Shown here: piece after piece, positions 58,928 through 64,000 of the stretch
Layout: the number at the start of each line of letters is the position of its first letter
Position numbering within the stretch: the stretch's first letter is position 1
DNA from: Faecousia sp.
GTDB lineage: Bacteria > Bacillota > Clostridia > Oscillospirales > Oscillospiraceae
DNA: 64,000 nt
NCBI GenBank assembly: GCA_045124575.1
Contig: JBGVMD010000011.1
Coordinates: 25-64,024, forward strand
Reading direction: 5' to 3'
Translations under genes and position numbers: made by a program
Notes under the pieces: model-generated
What the model was told of the DNA's origin: nothing
The model's input: only the letters and a program-made list of their open reading frames with translations
The model's database searches: none

Positions 58928-59827
58928 TCAGAAGTTTTCAATGATAGAAACGATCTCGCTGCCGATGCGCTTCTGGGCCTCACCGGTGGAAGCGCCGATG
59001 TGGGGCAGGGCGGAAACGGCGGGATGCTGACTCAGTTCGGTGTTCTTGGTGGGTTCTTCTGCCCACACGTCCAAACCAGCGGCGCGAACCTTTCCGCTGT
59101 TCAGAGCATCCAGCAGTGCAGCCTCGTCAATGTTGCTGCCGCGGGAGGTGTTGATGATTACTACTCCGTCCTTCATCTTGGCGATCGACTCAGCGTTGAT
59201 GATGGGAGCACCCAGTGCGGGGGTGGAGAGGGCGATGATATCAGCCTTCTCAAACAGTTCCTCCAGAGCCACAAAGTGCATCGTTTCGCACTCGTATTCC
59301 GGCTTGGGATGGCGCTGATAAGCGATAACGTTCATACCAATACCCTGGGCAATATCGCCGATGCGCTTGCCGATGCGGCCGTAGCCGATGACACCGAGGG
59401 TCTTGCCGCCCAACTCAAAGCCCTTGCCGTAGGCCTTCTTTTCCCATTTGCCTTCCCGCATGGTGTGTCCGGCATGGGAAACGAATCGGGCACAGGAGAA
59501 CATCAGCGCGATGGCGCACTCCGCAACCGCGTTGGAGGAGGCATTGGGGGTGTTGCGGACAGCAATGCCCATGGCTTCAGCATCAGCAACATCAATGTTA
59601 TCTACGCCCACACCACCACGAATGATCAACTTCAAGTTGCTATCTTTGGCAACTTCCAGTTGCGCCTTGCGGATTTTGGTGGCAGAACGGATGACAACAG
59701 CGTCAAAATCACGGAGTGCCTGGCCTAATTCAGCCGGCTCATAGAACTGCTCCACTACATCATGGCCACCTGCGCGCAGCTGCGCCATGGCGGACTTATC
59801 CATGCCATCTGTTACGAGAATTCTCAT
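58928..59827 (-). CDS. serA: D-3-phosphoglycerate dehydrogenase (short form, no ACT domain)
   Basis: RSAT, GVGVDNID, GYGRIG, NTSRG and PHIGAST.EAQ motifs; downstream of serC. Confidence 0.88.
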   Translation of the reverse strand: MRILVTDGMDKSAMAQLRAGGHDVVEQFYEPAELGQALRDFDAVVIRSATKIRKAQLEVAKDSNLKLIIRGGVGVDNIDVADAEAMGIAVRNTPNASSNAVAECAIALMFSCARFVSHAGHTMREGKWEKKAYGKGFELGGKTLGVIGYGRIGKRIGDIAQGIGMNVIAYQRHPKPEYECETMHFVALEELFEKADIIALSTPALGAPIINAESIAKMKDGVVIINTSRGSNIDEAALLDALNSGKVRAAGLDVWAEEPTKNTELSQHPAVSALPHIGASTGEAQKRIGSEIVSIIENF

Positions 59828-59845
59828 ACGATCTATCCTCCTTTT

Positions 59846-60931
59846 TTACTTGTGCTCGGCTTCGAATTTCTTCAGGCACTCTACCAGTGCCTCCACACCC
59901 TCAATGGGCATGGCGTTATATGTAGAAGCACGCAGACCGCCAACAGACTTGTGGCCCTTCAGATTGTCAAAGCCGGCCTTCTTGGTGTAGGCCACTACTT
60001 CGGCATCCAGTTCCTTGCTTTCTGTGACGAAGGGAATGTTCATGAGAGAGCGGACTTCCTTATCAACGGTGCCGCTAAACATCTTGCTCTCATCCAAATA
60101 TTCGTACAGCACCTTGGCCTTACGCTCATTGTAGTCTGCCATGGCTTCCAGACCGCCGTTGTTCAACAGGTAACGGAACACCTTGCCGCAGCAGTAGATG
60201 CCCCAGCAATTGGGGGTGTTGTACATGGAGGCGTTATTAGCATGGGTGTCATAGCGCATATACACAGGGATGCGGGGATCCAGATCCTCGCGGATCAGGT
60301 CTTCCCGGATGATGACGATGGCCATGCCGGCGGGGCCGATGTTCTTCTGCACGCCACCGTAGATCATGCCGTAGTCATTCACATTACAGGGCTTGGAGAG
60401 GAACATGGAGGACTGGTCGGATACCAGGATCTTGCCCTTGGTGTTGGGCAGCTGCTGGAAAGTGGTGCCGTGGATGGTCTCATTTTCACAGATGTAAACA
60501 TAGTCTGCATTCTCCCGGATGGGTAGATCAGAGCAGTCGGGGATATAGGAGAAGTTGCGATCCTTGGAAGTGGCGATACACTGTACATCGCCATACTTCT
60601 TAGCTTCTTTAAAGGCCTTTTCAGACCAGGCGCCGGTGACGATGTAGTCAGCAACACCATTTTTCATCAGATTCATGGGGATCATGGCAAACTGTAGGGT
60701 AGCGCCACCCTGAATGAACAGCACCTTGTAGTTATTCGGAATATTCATCAGCTTGCGCAGATCAGCTTCTGCATTGTCGTAGATCTCCTGGAAGACTTTG
60801 GAGCGGTGGGACATTTCCATGACGCACATACCGCTGCCACGGTAGTTCATCATCTCATCACGGATCTCTTCCAGGACGGGAACGGGCATGGTAGCGGGGC
60901 CGGCGGAAAAATTATAGCTGCGATCGTACAT
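59846..60931 (-). CDS. serC: Phosphoserine aminotransferase
   Basis: NFSAGPA, EMSHRS, QGGA, NETI.G, QKNIGPAG, YNTP and GH.SVGG.RAS motifs. Confidence 0.97.
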   Translation of the reverse strand: MYDRSYNFSAGPATMPVPVLEEIRDEMMNYRGSGMCVMEMSHRSKVFQEIYDNAEADLRKLMNIPNNYKVLFIQGGATLQFAMIPMNLMKNGVADYIVTGAWSEKAFKEAKKYGDVQCIATSKDRNFSYIPDCSDLPIRENADYVYICENETIHGTTFQQLPNTKGKILVSDQSSMFLSKPCNVNDYGMIYGGVQKNIGPAGMAIVIIREDLIREDLDPRIPVYMRYDTHANNASMYNTPNCWGIYCCGKVFRYLLNNGGLEAMADYNERKAKVLYEYLDESKMFSGTVDKEVRSLMNIPFVTESKELDAEVVAYTKKAGFDNLKGHKSVGGLRASTYNAMPIEGVEALVECLKKFEAEHK

Positions 60932-61029
60932 GACAATACCTCCGTTTTTATGCTGCGTGTAGCAGCCTGTACGGACAGTATAACACGAAAGATTGCACTT
61001 GGCAACTATAAATTTGTGAATAATTTACA

Positions 61030-61059
61030 GTTTTATCATATAAAAATAGGGAAAAACTA
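61030..61059 (+). promoter_or_regulatory. Candidate sigma-F (forespore) promoter
   Basis: GTTTT-15-GGAAAAACTA resembles GYWTA-15-GGnnAnAHTA. Confidence 0.5.
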
Positions 61060-61122
61060 GGGCTATGACCAAAACGGAAATCCACATGTCCGTTTCAGAA
61101 AAACGATTAGAAGGAGCATCTT

Positions 61123-61266
61123 ATGAATCGAAGGAAACCTCATATCCCCACAGAGCCTATGGATCCGCCCAAACCAAGTCCCATTATTACGGATCCCCAG
61201 GGGTGCTATACCGGTCGACCGATTGAAAAATATGAAACCCCTGTCCAGGATGCAGATGATCTGTAA
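61123..61266 (+). CDS. 47-aa small protein ending PVQDADDL (not in ORF track)
   Basis: AAGGAG RBS, ATG 61123, TAA 61264-61266; MNRRKPHIPTEPMDPPKPSPIITDPQGCYTGRPIEKYETPVQDADDL; followed by a hairpin at 61288-61318. Confidence 0.75.
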   Translation: MNRRKPHIPTEPMDPPKPSPIITDPQGCYTGRPIEKYETPVQDADDL

Positions 61267-61318
61267 TATATTCTTTCTTCTTGCAGAAACGCTCCCCGGC
61301 ATCTGCCGGGGAGCGTTC

Positions 61319-61567
61319 TCATTCGCCCTTATACATTCTTCTGGTGGCCATTCCTCCGCGGATATGGCGCTCCATCTTGTTCAAATCCAAAACCTTTCTT
61401 ACCTGCGTGTATAGCGTTGGATTGCACTTTGGCAGCCTTTGTTGCAGATCTTTGTGAACAGTGGATTTTGAAATTCCAAAGTGACTTGCGGCGGCGCGAA
61501 CGGTAGCGCCGGTTTCAATCATGTACACAGCCAGTTCGCAGGCTCTTTGCTCAATCGTATTGCTCAC
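61319..61567 (-). CDS. spoIIID: Sporulation transcriptional regulator SpoIIID
   Basis: ATVR.AA..FGISKSTVHKD and NK.ERHIRGG.AT motifs; GTG start with GGAGG; sigma-E-like GCATA-16-CATAAGTT at 61598-61626 on the minus strand. Confidence 0.97.
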   Translation of the reverse strand: MSNTIEQRACELAVYMIETGATVRAAASHFGISKSTVHKDLQQRLPKCNPTLYTQVRKVLDLNKMERHIRGGMATRRMYKGE

Positions 61568-61728
61568 TTGCCTCCCTCCGATGCTGTGTGCTGAAAAAAC
61601 TTATGCCTCGGAATCAATATGTATGCTCTGTTCATCATATAAAATTTACAATTTCCACCCATCAATTTACTGGACATTTAGAATTCTTGAGGATATAATA
61701 ATAGCATCAGCAAAAAGGGGGGGCCGCC

Positions 61729-62985
61729 ATGGAATTAAAAATTGACAGAAAAGTCAGCCGAGGATTTGTTATTGCTGTTTTTGCTCTGATCGTAGGATAT
61801 ATACTCCTGCGGGAGACAGAACGTGTGAAGATGATTTGGAATTTCTTAAAAGGAATTTTTTCTCCCTTTATCCTTGGTGCGCTCCTGGCCTTTATTTTGA
61901 ATGTTCCGGTTCGTTTCTTTGAGACCAAACTGGGGAAACTGAAAAACGAAAAGGTCCGTCGTATTACAGCAATTTGCTTGATGCTGCTGGCTGTTGTGCT
62001 GGTGATTGCTGCGGTGCTTTTGCTGCTGGTGCCTCAAATTGAGGAGACGGTGAAGAATTTGGTGGAACAGCTTCCCAACTTCTTTGTGAATGTTACCGAT
62101 CGGGTGAATCTTTTCCTGGAACAACATCCCAAGATCCGGGATATGCTGGGCTTGGAAGATGGATACTTGGGTGTAGAGTGGAAAACTGTGGTAGAAACTG
62201 TGCTTTCTGCTCTGGAGAGCAGTATTTCCACCATTTTGGGCAGTGCGGTGAATCTTCTTGGTAGCCTGGCCAGTGGAATTATTAACGCTGTTTTCAGTAT
62301 CATCTTTGCCTTTTACTGCTTGGCACGTAAAGAAACCTTGGCTCGCCAGGGTAGAAAGCTGCTTTACTCTTTACTGAAGGAAAAACATGCTGATGAATTG
62401 GTGCGCATCCTGCGTATGACCAATTCTACCTTCTCTAATTTTATCACCGGTCAGTGTATCGAAGCGGTGATTTTGGGCTTGCTTTTTGTGCCCACTATGG
62501 CGATTTTCAAAATGCCCTACATCCCTTTGATCTGTGTGGTCATTACTGTTACCGCTTTGGTTCCCCTGGTGGGTGCCTTTGCCGGATGTATTTTGGGCGC
62601 ATTCTTTATTCTGGTGAATGACCCTATGCAGGCAGTGGCTTTTGTACTGATGTTTTTGGTGATCCAGCAGTTCGAGGGCAATGTGATCTATCCCAAGGTT
62701 GTGGGCGAATCTATTGGTTTGCCCGGTATGTGGGTGCTGCTGGCTGTGGCTGTTGGCGGCGGACTGATGGGCGTGATGGGCATGTTCCTGATGGTTCCTC
62801 TCGCTTCCGTTGTTTACACTCTGCTGCGGGAGTTTACGAATAAGCGTATACAGCACCGCGCCGTTCCGGCTGAAAAGCTGGAGTGCCATCCACCGGAACT
62901 TCAGCCTCATTTCATGTTCTCTATTCGCAAGCGCCGTAAGGCCAAGAAGGCGAATAATAAGCAACATGAGCAAAAGAAAGAATAA
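61729..62985 (+). CDS. AI-2E (PerM) family transporter
   Basis: PFILG...AFILN.P, FITGQ..EA, QQFEGN.IYPKVVG.S.GL motifs. Confidence 0.92.
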   Translation: MELKIDRKVSRGFVIAVFALIVGYILLRETERVKMIWNFLKGIFSPFILGALLAFILNVPVRFFETKLGKLKNEKVRRITAICLMLLAVVLVIAAVLLLLVPQIEETVKNLVEQLPNFFVNVTDRVNLFLEQHPKIRDMLGLEDGYLGVEWKTVVETVLSALESSISTILGSAVNLLGSLASGIINAVFSIIFAFYCLARKETLARQGRKLLYSLLKEKHADELVRILRMTNSTFSNFITGQCIEAVILGLLFVPTMAIFKMPYIPLICVVITVTALVPLVGAFAGCILGAFFILVNDPMQAVAFVLMFLVIQQFEGNVIYPKVVGESIGLPGMWVLLAVAVGGGLMGVMGMFLMVPLASVVYTLLREFTNKRIQHRAVPAEKLECHPPELQPHFMFSIRKRRKAKKANNKQHEQKKE

Positions 62986-62990
62986 AATCC

Positions 62991-63022
62991 AATCGGAGCT
63001 GCCGAATTCGGCAGCTCCGATT
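62991..63022. terminator. Terminator hairpin after the AI-2E gene
   Basis: Perfect palindrome AATCGGAGCTGCCGAATTCGGCAGCTCCGATT. Confidence 0.8.
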
Positions 63023-63037
63023 CTTTATGGATGCGAT

Positions 63038-63113
63038 GTATGGCCCTGTGTCCCCCGACAGTGCGTCGGGAAATATGGCTTCTCGATAGGACAGTCCGGA
63101 GACCAGTCCCTAT
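63038..63113. repeat. Degenerate REPIN-like inverted REP pair
   Basis: GTATGGCCCTGTGTCCCCCGACAGTGC (+) faces ATAGGGACTGGTCTCCGGACTGTCC (-); similar to 24453-24529. Confidence 0.5.
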
Positions 63114-63125
63114 AAGGGAAAGTGG

Positions 63126-63281
63126 TTATATGCTGGAAAACTCAAAATTTTCAAATCTCAGCCGATCGCCCACGTCGATGCCGAAAGGGAGCAGGGCGAT
63201 GGCCACTTCGGAAACCACGCCGGTATCGTCATACCGGACGAAGGCATAATCACCCCGAATATCAATGACGGTGCAAAGCAT
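63126..63281 (-). CDS. Small hypothetical protein (51 aa, DUF3006-like beta-barrel)
   Basis: RBS GAAAGGA; V..I.GDYA and LLP.....GD.L pattern. Confidence 0.65.
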   Translation of the reverse strand: MLCTVIDIRGDYAFVRYDDTGVVSEVAIALLPFGIDVGDRLRFENFEFSSI

Positions 63282-63437
63282 AGGTATGTCCTTTCCTGTG
63301 AGAAACTGTTGTTGACACGCATAATATAAAAATCCCCTACGAAGCTGCGCTATAAACAACAATTTGTCCTGATTATAATTGGAATAAAACCGCCCCGGTT
63401 TCCCGGGGCGGTCGTTATTTAGGTCTTGGACGAGGAA

Positions 63438-64000
63438 TTAGTCCTTGTACATCTCGACCAGCTTCTTCAGATGCTCCCAACGTTCCTTAGCAGCAGCCTC
63501 GTTCTGAGCGAACAGGACCTTTGCACGGTCGGGGAACTCGCGGGTCAGACGGGAGTAACGAGCCTCGTTCATCAGGAACTCCTGATAGCCTTCCTTGGGA
63601 TCCTTGCTGTCCAGCTGGAACTTGCCGGTCTCCTTGGAGGGATCGAAGCGGAACAGGTTCCAGTAGCCGCAATCCACAGCCTTCTTCATTTCAGCCTGGC
63701 AGTTCATCATGCCACCCTTGATGGAGTGCATCTCACAGGGAGCGTAGCCGATGATCAGGGAAGGACCGTTGTAAGCCTCTGCCTCGCAGATAGCCTTGAT
63801 GGTCTGAGCCTGGTTGGCGCCCATGGCGATCTGAGCAACGTAAACATAGCCGTAGCTCATTGCGATCTCAGCCAGGGACTTCTTCTTGGTTTCCTTACCG
63901 GAGGCAGCGAACTGAGCGACCTGGCCGATGTTGGAAGCCTTGGAAGCCTGACCGCCGGTGTTGGAGTAAACCTCGGTGTCGAAGACGAAGATGTTGACGT
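63438..64000 (-). CDS. nifJ: 3' end of pyruvate:ferredoxin (flavodoxin) oxidoreductase (partial)
   Basis: Frame is open to the window end: DTEVYSNTGGQASK, YGYVYVAQIAMGA, EAE.Y.GPS and GYWNLFRFDP motifs. Confidence 0.96.
   Translation of the reverse strand, partial: VNIFVFDTEVYSNTGGQASKASNIGQVAQFAASGKETKKKSLAEIAMSYGYVYVAQIAMGANQAQTIKAICEAEAYNGPSLIIGYAPCEMHSIKGGMMNCQAEMKKAVDCGYWNLFRFDPSKETGKFQLDSKDPKEGYQEFLMNEARYSRLTREFPDRAKVLFAQNEAAAKERWEHLKKLVEMYKD

Noticed and set aside
61063-61414. Track ORFs 61063-61302(-) and 61223-61414(+)
   Set aside because: No RBS or motifs; the region is better explained by the 47-aa + strand gene and spoIIID.

Overview
Chromosomal window from a moderately GC-rich, spore-forming Clostridia-class bacterium, most likely Oscillospiraceae. 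The lineage call is inferred from gene content, spoIIID, the T-box and the repeat style. Most genes lie on the + strand. Positions 1-13.8 kb hold the 3' part of a cytoplasmic plant-oligosaccharide catabolic cluster: the kduI end, two GH43, a D-lyxose/mannose isomerase, a PfkB kinase, a LacX-type epimerase, araB-like/araA/araD, GH29, a class II aldolase, GH27 and GH51. The rest is mostly core genome: prfB, secG, pepD, a spoVB-like gene, yceD-rpmF, der-plsY-gpsA, rpmB, hprK, ylxM-ffh-rpsP-khpA-rimM-trmD, cobB, copA, truA, Cys T-box-cysS-polA-rimI-tsaD, rsmE, rlmH, serC-serA, spoIIID and the nifJ end, plus tRNA-Arg(CCT) and tRNA-Leu(GAG). I saw no CRISPR array, prophage, integrase or transposase, and no large self-contained novel system. 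The most interesting signals are small: (1) a probable CopZ chaperone nested in-frame at the 3' end of copA with its own strong RBS; (2) an unannotated 47-aa gene with a sigma-F-type promoter convergent on spoIIID; (3) twin TGTCAA-N10-TTGACA operators at ylxM-ffh; (4) a structured 160-bp duplication behind tRNA-Leu carrying an antisense copy of the T-arm; (5) GTAG-type REP/REPIN elements; (6) polA coupled to a Cys T-box operon; (7) a prfB without the programmed frameshift; (8) a small CxxC/CxxC lipoprotein; (9) a low-GC orphan gene. All calls come from reading motifs by eye; no database search was run.
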